Positions 1 through 12,756 of a stretch of 46,655 nt of DNA are shown piece by piece (positions within the stretch are counted from its first letter, which is position 1; each line of letters opens with the position of its first letter). Source of the DNA: Eledone cirrhosa (taxonomy: Eukaryota); the NCBI GenBank assembly GCA_964016885.1, contig CAXHJY010001430.1, positions 1 through 46,655 on the forward strand, written 5' to 3'. A program made the translations under genes and the position numbers. The notes under the pieces are model-generated. The model did not search any database. It saw only the letters and a program-made list of their open reading frames with translations, and was not told the origin of the DNA.

Positions 1-44
1 TACATATTATATATATATACACATATATATGTTATATATATATG

Positions 45-91
<47 letters not shown>

Positions 92-404
92 GAGAGTGTG
101 TGTTAGCCTGTGTGTTTGTATTAAAGCCCGGAGATCATGATGAAGCATTTTATAGATTAGGAAGGAAAGCAGAATTGGAATTGAGGGATCTCGGCTGCAT
201 TGTCTGTTTATTATAAAAGCTGTTTATTCAGAAGATGGATTAAACCAAGCATGAACTCCTTGTCCGTAGTTGTCCACAGTTTGTCCACAGTTTACTGCTG
301 TTCGTATGTCTTAGACCAAACAATGAACACAATATGTTTAGAATTGGGGTGAAATCAAAGATGGCGATTTAACAGCAGACGTATATTGAATAACTGTAAA
401 CGAT

Positions 405-535
405 GCATATACATACATATACATACATATACATACATATACATACATATACATACATATACATACATATACATACATATAAACAAACGTCACACACAAA
501 TACATAAACACCCCCACATATGTATATATGTATAT

Positions 536-622
<87 letters not shown>

Positions 623-1031
623 TGTATACACATACATATATATGTACATGTATATATATATATGTATATACATATATATATACACGTATATATATATATA
701 TATATATGGAAAGGGCATATATATATATCAGAATAATGTATATGTATATATATAGATATATATGGAAAGGGCATATATAATATAAGAATAATATATATGT
801 ATATATATAGATATATATGGAAAGGGCATATATATATATGAGAATAATATATATGTATATATAGAGATATATATAGAAAGGGCATATATATATATTATAT
901 GAGAATAATATATATGTATATACATTTATATATATATGTATATATATATACATATATATATATATATTCAAAGAGCATATATATATATGAGAATAATATA
1001 TATGTATATATATATATATATATATATACAC

Positions 1032-1081
<50 letters not shown>

Positions 1082-1200
1082 AAAGGGCATATATATATAT
1101 GAGAATAATATATATGTATATATATAGAGATATATATGGAAAGAGCATATATATATATATATATGAGAATAATGTATATGTATATACATTTATATATATG

Positions 1201-1235
<35 letters not shown>

Positions 1236-1258
1236 TAAAGAGCATATATATATATGAG

Positions 1259-1298
<40 letters not shown>
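405..1298. repeat. (TA)n/(TACA)n microsatellite tract with a TA-derived compound minisatellite (GGAAAGGGCATAT...GAGAATAATAT units)
   Basis: Direct reading; the GGAAAGGGCA/GAGAATAAT motif pair recurs every ~55-60 bp from ~708 to ~1260. The Y/I-rich ORFs are artefacts. Confidence 0.9.
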
Positions 1299-1349
1299 TA
1301 ATGGATTGCAGTAAAGCCTGTTAGACCATTACTCACCAGAGTGCTCGAT

Positions 1350-4300
1350 TCTTCTCCCCACCCTGTATACTAGAAATAGGGAGTTGCCTTCTCCTCACCC
1401 TGTATACAAGAAATAGGGAGTTGCCTTCTCCCCACCCTGTATACAAGAAATAGGGAGTTGCCTCTCCCCACCCTGTATACTAGAAATAGGGAGTTTCCTT
1501 CTCCCCACCCTGTATACAAGAAATAGTGAGTTTCCTTCTCCCCACCCTGTATACTAGAAATAGTGAGCTTCCTTCTCCCCACCCTGTATACAAGAAATAG
1601 GGAGTTGCCTTCTCCCCACCCTGTATACAAGAAATAGGGAGTTGCCTTCTCCCCACCCTGTATACTAGAAATAGGGAGTTTCCTTCTCCCCACCCTGTAT
1701 ACAAGAAATAGGGAGTTTCCTTCTCCCCACCCTGTATACAAGAAATAGGAGTTTCCTTCTCCCCACCCTGTATACAAGAAATAGGGAGTTTCCTTCTCCC
1801 CACCCTGTATACAAGAAATAGGGAGTTTCCTTCTCCCCACCCTGTATACTAGAAATAGGGAGTTTCTTTCTCCCCACCCTGTATACTAGAAATAGGAGTT
1901 TCCTTCTCCCCACCCTGTATACAAGAAATAGGGGGTTTCCTTCTCCCCACCCTGTATACTAGAAATAGGGAGTTTCCTTCTCCACACCCTGTATACTAGA
2001 AATAGGGAGTTTCCTTCTCCCCACCCTGTATACTAGAAATAGGGAGTTTCTTTCTCCCACCCTGTATACTAGAAATAGGGAGTTTCCTTCTCCCCACCCT
2101 GTATACTAGAAATAGTGAGCTTCCTTCTCCCCACCCTGTATACTAGAAATAGGGAGTTTCCTTCTCCCCACCCTGTATACAAGAAATAGGGGGTTTCCTT
2201 CTCCCCACCCTGTATACTAGAAATAGGGAGTTTCCTTCTCCCCACCCCTGTATACTAGAAATAGTGAGCTTCCTTCTCCCCACCTTGTATACTAGAAATA
2301 GGGAGTTTCCTTCTCCCCACCCTGTATACTAGAAATAGGGAGTTTCCTTCTCCCCACCCTGTATACTAGAAATAGGGAGTTTCCTTCTCCCCACCCTGTA
2401 TACTAGAAATAGTGAGTTTCCTTCTCCCCACCCTGTATACTAGAAATAGTGAGCTTCCTTCTCCCCACCCTGTATACTAGAAATAGGGAGTTTCCTTCTC
2501 CCCACCCTGTATACTAGAAATAGGGAGTTTCCTTCTCCCCACCCTGTATACTAGAAATAGTGAGTTTCCTTCTCCCCACCCTGTATACTAGAAATAGTGA
2601 GCTTCCTTCTCCCCACCCTGTATACTAGAAATAGGGAGTTCCCTTCTCCCCACCCTGTATACAAGAAATAGTGAGCTTCCTTCTCCCCACCTTGTATACT
2701 AGAAATAGGGAGTTTCCTTCTCCCCACCCTGTATACTAGAAATAGGGAGTTTCCTTCTCCCCACCTTGTATACTAGAAATAGGGAGTTTCCTTCTCCCCA
2801 CCCTGTATACTAGAAATAGTGAGCTTCCTTCTCCCCACCCTGTATACTAGAAATAGGGAGTTTCTTTCTCCCCACCTTGTATACTAGAAATAGTGAGCTT
2901 CCTTCACCCACCCTGTATACTAGAAATAGGGAGTTGCCTTCTCACCACCCTGTATACTAGAAATAGGGGAGTTGCCTTCTCCCCACCCTGTATACTATTA
3001 ATAGGGGTTTCCTTCTCCCCACCCTGTATACAAGAAATAGGGAGTTGCCTTCTACCCACCCTGTATACTAGAAATAGGGAGTTGCCTTCTCCCCACCTTG
3101 GGATACTAAAAATAGGGAGTTGCCTTCTCACCACCCTGTATACTAAAAATAGGGAGTTGCCTTCTCACTACCCTGTATACTAAAAATAGGGAGTTGCCTT
3201 CTCCCCACCCTGTATACAAGAAATAGGGAGTTTCCTTCACCCCACCCTGTATACTAGAAATAGGGAGTTTCCTTCTCCCCACCCTGTATACTAGAAATTG
3301 GGATTTCCTTCACCCCACCCTGTATACTAGAAATAGGGAGTTTCCTTCTCCCAACCCTGTATACTAGAAATAGTGAGCTTCCTTCTCCCCACCCTGTATA
3401 CTAGAAATAGGGAGTTTCCTTCTCCCCACCCTGTATACAAGAAACAGGGGGTTTCCTTCTCCCCACCCTGTATACTAGAAATAGGGAGTTTCCTTCTCCC
3501 CACCCTGTACACTAGAAACAGGGGGTTTCCTTCTCCCACCCTGTATACTAGAAATAGTGAGCTTCCTTCTACCCACCCTGTATACTAGAAATAGGGAGTT
3601 TCCTTCTCCCACCCTGTATACTAGAAATAGGGAGTTGCCTTCTCCCCACCCTGTATACTAGAAATAGGGAGTTTCCTTCACCCCACCCTGTATACTAGAA
3701 ATAGGGAGTTGCCTTCTCCCCACCTTGGGATACTAAAAATAGGGAGTTGCCTTCTCACCACCCTGTATACTAAAAATAGGGAGTTGCCTTCTCACCACCC
3801 TGTATACTAAAAATAGGGAGTTGCCTTCTCCCCACCCTGTATACAAGAAATATGGAGTTTCCTTCACCCCACCCTGTATACTAGAAATTGGGATTTTCCT
3901 TCTACCCACCCTGTATACTAAAAATAGGGAGTTGCCTTCTCCCCACATTGTATACTAAAATTAGGGGGTTGCCTTCTACCCACCCTGTATACTAGAAATA
4001 GGGAGTTTCCTTCACCCCACCCCTGTATACTAAAATAGGGAGTTGCCTTCTCCCCACCCTGTATACTAGAAATAGGGAGTTTCCTTCTTCCCCACCTTGT
4101 ATACTATTAATAGGAGGTTTCCTTCTCCCCACCCTGTATACTAGAAATAGGAGTTTCCTTCTCCCCACCCTGTATACTAGAAATAGGAGTTGCCTTCTCC
4201 CACCTTGTATACTAGAAATAGTGAGTTTCCTTCTCCCACCTTGTATACTAAAAAAAGGGAGTTTCCTTCTCCCCAACCTGTATACTAGAAATAGGGAGTT

Positions 4301-7300
4301 GCCTTCTCCCCACCTTGTATACTAGAAATAGTGAGTTTCCTTCTCCCACCTTGTATACTAAAAATAGGAGTTTCCTTCACCCCACCCTGTATACTAAAAT
4401 AGGGAGTTGCCTTCTCCCCACCCTGTATACTGGAATAGTGAGCTTCCTTCTCCCCACCTTGTATACTAAAAATAGGGAGTTTCCTTCTCCCCACCCTGTA
4501 TACTAAAAATAGGGAGTTGCCTTCTTCCCACCCTGTATACTAGAAATAGGGAGTTGCCTTCTACCCACCTTGTATACTAAAAATAGGGAGTTTCCTTCTC
4601 GCCACCCTGTATACTAAAAATAGGGAGTTGCCTTCTCGCCACCCTGTATACAAGAAATAGGGAGTTTCCTTCTCGCCACCCTGTATACAAGAAATAGGGG
4701 GTTTCCTTCTCCCTACCTTGTATACTAGAAATAGGGGGTTTCCTTCTCCCTACCTTGTATACTAGAAATAGGGAGTTTCCTTCTCCCCACCTTGTATACT
4801 AGAAATAGGGAGTTTCCTTCTCCCCACCTTGTATACTAGAAATAGGGGGTTTCCTTCTCCCTACCTTGTATACTAGAAATAGGGAGTGTCCTTCTCCCCA
4901 CCCTGTATACTAGAAATAGGGAGTGTCCTTCTCCCCACCCTGTATACTAGAAATAGGGAGTTTCCTTCTCCCCACCCTGTATACTAGAAATAGGGAGTTT
5001 CCTTCACCCCACCCTGTATACTAGAAATAGGGAGTTTCCTTCACCCCACCTTGTATACAAGAAATAGGGAGTTTCCTTCTCGCCACCCTGTATACAAGAA
5101 ATAGGGGGTTTCCTTCTCCCTACCTTGTATACTAGAAATAGGGGGTTTCCTTCTCCCTACCTTGTATACTAGAAATAGGGAGTGTCCTTCACCCCACCCT
5201 GTATACTAGAAATAGGGAGTTTCCTTCTCCCCACCCTGTATACTAGAAATAGGGAGTTTCCTTCACCCCACCTTGTATACAAGAAATAGGGAGTTTCCTT
5301 CTCCCCACCCTGTATACTAGAAATAGGGTGTTTCCTTCTCCCCACCCTGTATACTAGAAATAGGGAGTTTCCTTCTCCCCACCCTGTATACTAGAAATAG
5401 GGAGTTTCCTTCTCCCCACCCTGTATACTAGAAATAGTGAGCTTCCTTCTACCCACCCTGTATACAAGAAATAGGGGGTTTCCTTCTCCCCACCCTGTAT
5501 ACTAGAAATAGGGAGTTTCCTTCTCCCCACCCTGTACACTAGAAATAGGGAGTTTCCTTCTCCCCACCCTGTATACTAGAAATAGTGAGCTTCCTTCTAC
5601 CCACCCTGTATACTAGAAATAGGGAGTTTCCTTCTCCCCACCCTGTATACTAGAAATAGGGAGTTGCCTTCTCCCCACCCTGTATACTAGAAATAGGGAG
5701 TTTCCTTCACCCCACCCTGTATACTAGAAATAGGGAGTTGCCTTCTCCCCACCTTGGGATACTAAAAATAGGGAGTTGCCTTCTCACCACCCTGTATACT
5801 AAAAATAGGGAGTTGCCTTCTCACCACCCTGTATACTAGAAATAGTGAGTTTCCTTCACCCCACCCTGTATACTGGAAATAGTGAGCTTCCTTCTCCCCA
5901 CCTTGTATACTAAAAATAGGGAGTTTCCTTCTCCCCACCCTGTATACTAAAAATAGGGAGTTGCCTTCTTCCCACCCTGTATACTAGAAATAGGGAGTTG
6001 CCTTCTCCCCACCTTGTATACTAAAAATAGGGAGTTTCCTTCTCCCCACCCTGTATACTAAAAATAGGGAGTTGCCTTCTCGCCACCCTGTATACAAGAA
6101 ATAGGGAGTTTCCTTCTCCCCACCCTGTATACTAGAAATAGGGAGTTTCCTTCTCCCAACCCTGTATACTAAAAATAGGGAGTTGCCTTCTCCCCACCCT
6201 GTATACTAGAAATAGGGAGTTTCCTTCTTCCCACCCTGTATACTAGAAATAGGGAGTTTCCTTCTCCCCACCCTGTATACTAGAAATAGGGAGTTTCCTT
6301 CTCCCCACCCTGTATACTAGAAATAGGGAGTTTCCTTCACCCCACCCTGTATACTATTAATAGGGGGTTTCCTTCTCCCCACCCTGTATACTATTAATAG
6401 GGGGTTTCCTTCTCCCCACCCTGTATACAAGAAATAGGGAGTTGCCTTCTACCCACCCTGTATACTAGAAATAGGGAGTTTCCTTCTCCCCACCCTGTAT
6501 ACTAGAAATAGGGAGTTTCCTTCTCCCCACCCTGTATACTAGAAATAGGGAGTTGCCTTCTCCCCACCCTGTATACTAAAAATAGGGAGTTGCCTTCTCC
6601 CCACCCTGTATACTAGAAATAGGGAGTTTCCTTCTCCCCACCCTGTATACTAGAAATAGGGAGTTGCCTTCTCCCCACCCTGTATACTAGAAATAGGGAG
6701 TTTCCTTCTCCCCCCCCTTGTATACTAAAAATAGGGAGTTGCCTTCTCCCCACCCTGTATACTAAAAATAGGGAGTTGCCTTCTCCCCACCCTGTATACT
6801 AGAAATAGGGAGTTTCCTTCTCCCCACCCTGTATACTAGAAATAGGGAGTTTCCTTCTCCCCACCCTGTATACTAGAAATAGGGAGTTGCCTTCTCCCCA
6901 CCCTGTATACTAAAAATAGGGAGTTGCCTTCTCCCCACCCTGTATACTAGAAATAGGGAGTTTCCTTCTCCCCACCCTGTATACTAGAAATAGGGAGTTG
7001 CCTTCTCCCCACCCTGTATACTAGAAATAGGGAGTTTCCTTCTCCCCCCCCTTGTATACTAAAAATAGGGAGTTGCCTTCTCCCCACCCTGTATACTAAA
7101 AATAGTGAGTTGCCTTCTCCCCACCCTGTATACTAGAAATAGGGAGTTTCCTTCACCCCACCCTGTATACTAAAATAGGGAGTTGCCTTCTCCCCACCCT
7201 GTATACTAGAAATATGGAGTTTCCTTCTCCCCACCTTGTATACTATTAATAGGGGGTTTCCTTCTCCCCACCCTGTATACAAGAAATAGGGAGTTGCCTT

Positions 7301-7759
7301 CTCCCCACCCTGTATACTAGAAATAGGGAGTTGCCTTCTCCCCACCCTGTATACTAAAAATAGGGAGTTGCCTTCTCCCCACCCTGTATACTAGAAATAG
7401 GGAGTTTCCTTCTCCCCACCCTGTATACTAGAAATAGGGAGTTTCCTTCACCCCACCCTGTATACTAGAAATAGGGAGTTTCCTTCTCCCCACCTTGTAT
7501 ACTAAAAATAGGGAGTTGCCTTCTCCCCTCCCTGTATACTAGAAATAGGGAGTTTCCTTCACCCCACCCTGTATACTAAAATAGGGAGTTGCCTTCTCCC
7601 CACCCTGTATACTAGAAATAGGGAGTTTCCTTCTCCCCACCTTGTATACTATTAATAGGTGGTTTCCTTCTCCCCACCCTGTATACTAGAAATAGGGAGT
7701 TTCCTTCTCCCCACCCTGTATACTAGAAATAGGGAGTTTCCTTCTCCCCACCCTGTATA
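1350..7759. repeat. 37-bp minisatellite array, ~170 copies, consensus TAGAAATAGGGAGTTTCCTTCTCCCCACCCTGTATAC
   Basis: Period measured directly (unit starts at 1371 and 1408). Variants include TTGCC/TTTCC, CAAG/CTAG and GTGAGCTT. Confidence 0.98.
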
Positions 7760-8321
7760 GTACAATTTTACTAAAAAATATTTAAGCACTAAAACAATTT
7801 GCTACGTAAATATTAACCTGCTTTATATAGAAGATGTTTTATACATAAAAGATAAACTCTGTTTCATTCAAGTCTTTGAAAAAACTATTGATAAGCACCA
7901 TTTCAATGGATTCCCAGTCTCCTTCGTAATAACCGTCAAGAGATTGATGTAAGTTCTATATCGGCGAAAACACATGATTAGCGTTCAGTGATATCTATTC
8001 TATTCATGTCTTTCTTACTTTACTATTTAACACTGGTTGTTTAAACTTGTAAGACTTCATCTCGGAAACAACCATGATCTTCGTTTAAACAGTTTTATAA
8101 CTTTAATAGTCTCTTTTCATGATGATTTCTTTAGCCACCCACAGACTCAGATATTCAAATACTGAAAACTTAAAATGCATTAAATAAATTGCGGTGTGGC
8201 CGGTGTATAAGGATTATTTCTCGAAGAGTTAAATGGTTTCCTTCTCATTTCACTGACAAATACATTTAATCTAACATTGGCTTAGCTGTTCTTCTGAACT
8301 TTGAAAGTGAAAATCTACATG

Positions 8322-8410
<89 letters not shown>

Positions 8411-8499
8411 AGGGGGGTGTAACTAGGAGTTACTGCAGGTTCACCCGGGAGAGCACTCGATGTTTAGGTTCATGTATGAGATACATGTGATATATATTT

Positions 8500-8721
8500 A
8501 ATGAAATTATCTATCAGATGTGAGAAAAACCACAGACCCTCCATCTCAACTCTACTTTTGAAAAGCAGAAGAACTGCGAAACCGGTAAAGGAACCAAATA
8601 AATATATATATTTTTTTAAAAATAAGACTCCAGTTGCATTTTCGATTTCATCTTTTTTTCTTTATACTTTCACTCGTGTAGGACACCTCGGTTATTTTTC
8701 ATTTTGTAAAAAAAACGTCAC

Positions 8722-8730
<9 letters not shown>
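8500..8730 (+). mobile_element. Short non-coding element ending in (TA)n, carrying a minimal hammerhead motif; probable Penelope-like pseudo-LTR remnant
   Basis: Hammerhead-like core at 8555-8590, followed by AATAAA and a T-rich tail ending in (TA)n. Core layout resembles the 8775 family. Confidence 0.55.
8555..8590 (+). ncRNA. Minimal type I hammerhead ribozyme, U3-A8 variant
   Basis: ctt-TTGAAAA-gcag(aagaa)ctgc-GAAA-ccgg-TA-aag: 3-bp stem I, 4-bp stem II, palindromic CCGG in place of stem III, GUA triplet. Confidence 0.65.
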
Positions 8731-8767
<37 letters not shown>

Positions 8768-8774
8768 TAGCAAA

Positions 8775-8970
8775 CAGAGCAAACAGCACGGACACTCTAT
8801 CTCAAAATTATTTTTGAAAAGCATTTAGAAATGCGCAACCGGTAAAAACTTAAAAACTTAAAACCACAACTGAATACTAACCCATACAATCACTAATACT
8901 CTTTTATTCCTAATTAAACCATTTTTCAACTGTGAACAATTTGTCAGCATTTTCTATTCCGTTTACCAAT
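8775..8970 (+). mobile_element. Solo ~195-bp 3' end of the 'TTGAAAA...GCAACCGGTA' family (same as the 37853-39255 arms and 40380-40566)
   Basis: Near-identical to 39055-39250; flanked by (TA)n on both sides; hammerhead-like motif at ~8811-8848. Confidence 0.85.
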
Positions 8971-8990
8971 ATATATATATATATATATAT

Positions 8991-9049
<59 letters not shown>

Positions 9050-9258
9050 ATATATGCATTATACATATATTACTTATATCTCATACATTTCATATAATAT
9101 ATATATATATTATATTATATATATATATAATATCTATATCTATATATCTCTCTATATATATAATACATATATGTAGGAGGTGAGTTTTATTGTAGTACAA
9201 TAAAGCAATGCAGATATCGGATAAGAAGCACTCTACAGTTTGTGGGACTGGAGTATGC

Positions 9259-9606
9259 ATAATATAAGATCAAAAGATGGTTAAAGGAGTTCCATATATT
9301 TTATTATGCGCATTTCAAAAACAAACATCATCAAGCAATAATATTTGTGTTTTCATCAGATAAAACAGGAGAACATGATATGAAGGCTAAAAAAACACTT
9401 GTTGATAGTGCAGTTTTAAATCAATATATCATATGATATGTTGATTTAAAACTGCACTATCAACAAGTGTTTTTTTAGCCTTCATATCATGTTCTCCTGT
9501 TTTATCTGATGAAAACACAAATATTATTGCTTGATGATGTTTGTTTTTAAAATGCGCATAATAAAATATATGGAACTCCTTTAACCATCTTTTGATCTTA
9601 TATTAT
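9259..9606. repeat. 348-bp near-perfect palindrome (174-bp arms, no spacer, 2 mismatches seen) with a hammerhead motif in each arm
   Basis: ATAATATAAGATCAAAAG... mirrors ...CTTTTGATCTTATATTAT; centre ATCAT|ATGAT at 9432/9433; the right end runs into (TA)n. Confidence 0.95.
9299..9365 (-). ncRNA. Type I hammerhead ribozyme with canonical core
   Basis: Minus strand: ttttat-CTGATGA-aaacacaaatattatt(gctt)gatgatgtttgttttt-GAAA-tgcgca-TA-ataaaa. 6-bp stem I, long stem II with G-U wobbles, palindromic TGCGCA. The mirror copy at 9500-9566 (+) has GAAA changed to TAAA. Confidence 0.75.
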
Positions 9607-9675
9607 ATAATACATATATATATATATATATATATAATATATATATATATATATACATACATACTATAATACATG

Positions 9676-9721
<46 letters not shown>

Positions 9722-9913
9722 ATAAAACAAAGGAACCGTACATACCCTAACAAAATTGTCACTTTGTATTGATTTGTGTTCATTCATCTCAGGTCGTTAA
9801 TGAATGGTATATATACACATTATACACCCTGTTGAACGTTGATAAGCATTTCCGAGCCAACTTGTCAGGTAACTAATATATATGTATCTGCGCGTACTAA
9901 TACATACACACTC

Positions 9914-10253
9914 ATATATATATATATATATATATATATAAACATCTGTGTATATATACATTAATATATGCATATATGAGTATATGTATATATATATATA
10001 CACACATCTGTGCATATATATATATGTATATATACACATCTGTGTATATAAATATATGTGTATATATAAATATATATGTATATATACACATCTGTGTATA
10101 TATAAATATATATGTATATATACACATCTGTGTATATATAAATATGTATATATATATATGCATATATATGTATATATTCATATATATATATATATGCATA
10201 TATATGTATATATTCATATATATATATATATATGCATATATATGTATATATTC

Positions 10254-10304
<51 letters not shown>

Positions 10305-10361
10305 TATATATGCATATATATATATATATGCATATATATGTATATATTCATATATATACTC

Positions 10362-10408
<47 letters not shown>

Positions 10409-10456
10409 CATACACGCACATACACATACACATACACACATACATATACATACACT

Positions 10457-10528
<72 letters not shown>
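9914..10528. repeat. (TA)n-derived tract with ACACATCTGTGT and TATGCATA sub-units
   Basis: Direct reading. Confidence 0.9.
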
Positions 10529-10530
<2 letters not shown>

Positions 10531-10940
10531 TAGAATGACTTTCTCAATATTAGCGGCTGACAGATATCTCCTTAATGTTTGCAACGAACGCCATTGTTAT
10601 CATGGTGGAATGTACCTGAGATAGGTTTAGTGTGATAATTAGCTGAGGTATTTGCCTATTTCCTCTGCCATTAACGTCGAAGGATTAAGGCGGTTATAAA
10701 GAGTGAAGGTGTGTGTGTAGAGGGCAGACGAGGGCTTGGAGGACTTTACCAAGACACTGTTGATTCGTTTATACACATACTTTTCGCAAATGAATTCATT
10801 CAGGCCCATTATAACACTCGCAATCACATATACCACCCTCATATACACACAAACCTACACAAACACAGACATATATATATAAGGCAAAAGCTTACACACA
10901 CCCACACAAAGAGAAACCTTCACAAACACACAACCTCACC

Positions 10941-10989
<49 letters not shown>

Positions 10990-11044
10990 ACACAAACAGC
11001 CACAAAAAAAGTTACGGTCTTACAATGATATATATATACAAATA

Positions 11045-11075
<31 letters not shown>

Positions 11076-11076
<1 letters not shown>

Positions 11077-11280
11077 GTTAACCTTGGTCTTCCTCTTCTA
11101 GTGTGTCCATGTAGGGGCTCCCAAAGGAGCACTGAGTGCAATGTCAACTCTGGATGTCGGTGAGCATGTCCAGCCAACCTCAGTCTCCTCTGTTGGAGAT
11201 GCAGGATATGGCAGCGATAATGAGGGACAGAGACCGCTGGAGAGAACTCGTCCATGGATCTCGGGAATTTTACCCGCCTT

Positions 11281-11283
<3 letters not shown>
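11076..11283. mobile_element. RTE-type LINE 3' fragment with an inverted 5' segment
   Basis: 11076-11195 (-) encodes QQRRLRLAGHAHRHPELTLHSVLLWEPLHGHTRRGRPRLTY; 11196-11283 (+) encodes QDMAAIMRDRDRWRELVHGSREFYPP*. The same two parts are co-linear in the copy at 41828-42085. Confidence 0.85.
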
Positions 11284-11376
<93 letters not shown>

Positions 11377-11615
11377 TTGAAGGGGAAACCTTAACAAGTT
11401 ATTTTAGAAAAATAAAAATACAAACTCCAAACTCTTGAGCCGTTGAGATGGAATTTGGCAGTCCTACCCTTACCCCTACCAACGGTATTGCTGATCCAAC
11501 CGTAGTCACAGTGTCTGACACAAGCCTAAACGCTGCCTATGGAGTAAAAGACAAGACAAAACGATCATTTACAGCAATTAAGCTGTACATCCGTATATGC
11601 AGGTATACATATATA

Positions 11616-12400
11616 TACAATGAATTTCTCAATAGGTTTTGAGACTTTTAACAGAGAGACAATTATTTAACTCGGATCAACATAAAACTCAAGTCTCCCT
11701 CAAAGTAGGATCCTCCAACTTCCGTGCACTTGTTGTAGGGCTCCATCCCCTTATACAAGTCCCACTTGTAAACCTCCAATATGAAGTTGTCCAGAATGCT
11801 TGTCACATCTTCTTCCATTTCCTCTACATTCTCAAAGTGGATACTCCTGAACTTCTCGTTCAGCTTTAGGAACATCCAGAGGACACATGGGGCTAAATCT
11901 GGACTCTAGTGAGTGTGAAGGACAGTCTTGATCCCCATATCGGTCAACTAGTTGGGCACGAGGATGGAGCTTTGACAAAGAGTATTGTCCTGGTGCAGGT
12001 GCCACAGACTTGAAGTATTCTGGTCTCTTGCGACGAAATAACTTTCTGAACTAGCTCAAAACCTCTACACAATATTCTTTGTTTTCTACTTCACCATCTG
12101 GGACCCAGTGCATGTAGATGACGCCCTCATCATTCACTTCCCAGTAGACATTGCTATGCCTGCTCTTCTTTAGAACCCAGAATATTTCCACTGGGCAATC
12201 TATCATAACAGTAGACCCACCCCTCGTCAAAGGATACCAGCGACTGAAAGACACTTGAATGTGAAGCGATCCACTCGATCATGTCCCAGCTGTCATCAAC
12301 GTGTGTTTTTCTGTGATCTTCACTGAACACCCTGGGAACAGAATGTTCAGATCGTCATGAAGGACACAATTCACAGTGCCCTAACCCACTTCTGATTGTT
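11616..12400 (-). pseudogene. Decayed mariner-family transposase (C-terminal half) with probable right end near 11616
   Basis: Minus-strand peptides GVIYMHWVPDGEVENKEY, WHLHQDN, *SPDLAPC (YSPDLAP motif) and YNKCTEVGGSYFEGD, with stops and frameshifts. Confidence 0.9.
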
Positions 12401-12458
12401 TACCAACCGTCAGAAAAAAAGATTCCGTAAATATACTTCTATGCTGTTTACAGTATTA

Positions 12459-12489
<31 letters not shown>

Positions 12490-12542
12490 TCTCTCTGTAC
12501 ATATATATAATGTATGTATGTATATATATATATATATATATA

Positions 12543-12580
<38 letters not shown>

Positions 12581-12582
<2 letters not shown>

Positions 12583-12756
12583 CGAAAGAAATGTGGTAAG
12601 GAACCAGGTGGACCATAACGCACCAAAGTACTCAATACTTAGGGTAGTAGAGTGGGTAATAGGAACGAGTAGGACCCCGACGGCTGAGCTCAAGCCGTTT
12701 CGTCCAGAATTAGCCGTCGAAACAGCTTGAGCTCAGCCGTCGGGGTCCTACTCGTT

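Noticed and set aside
1350-7759. 37-bp repeat as a CRISPR array or a repetitive coding sequence
   Set aside because: Units are contiguous with no unique spacers, there are no cas genes and the context is eukaryotic; 37 is not a multiple of 3 and TAG stops recur.
9810-9875. Possible hammerhead on the minus strand (CTGACAA-gttg...caac)
   Set aside because: No GAAA after the stem and an unpaired C3/A8 combination; insufficient support.
10535-10830. Non-repetitive segment with short ORFs (69-105 aa)
   Set aside because: No recognisable domain or convincing splice pair; left unannotated.
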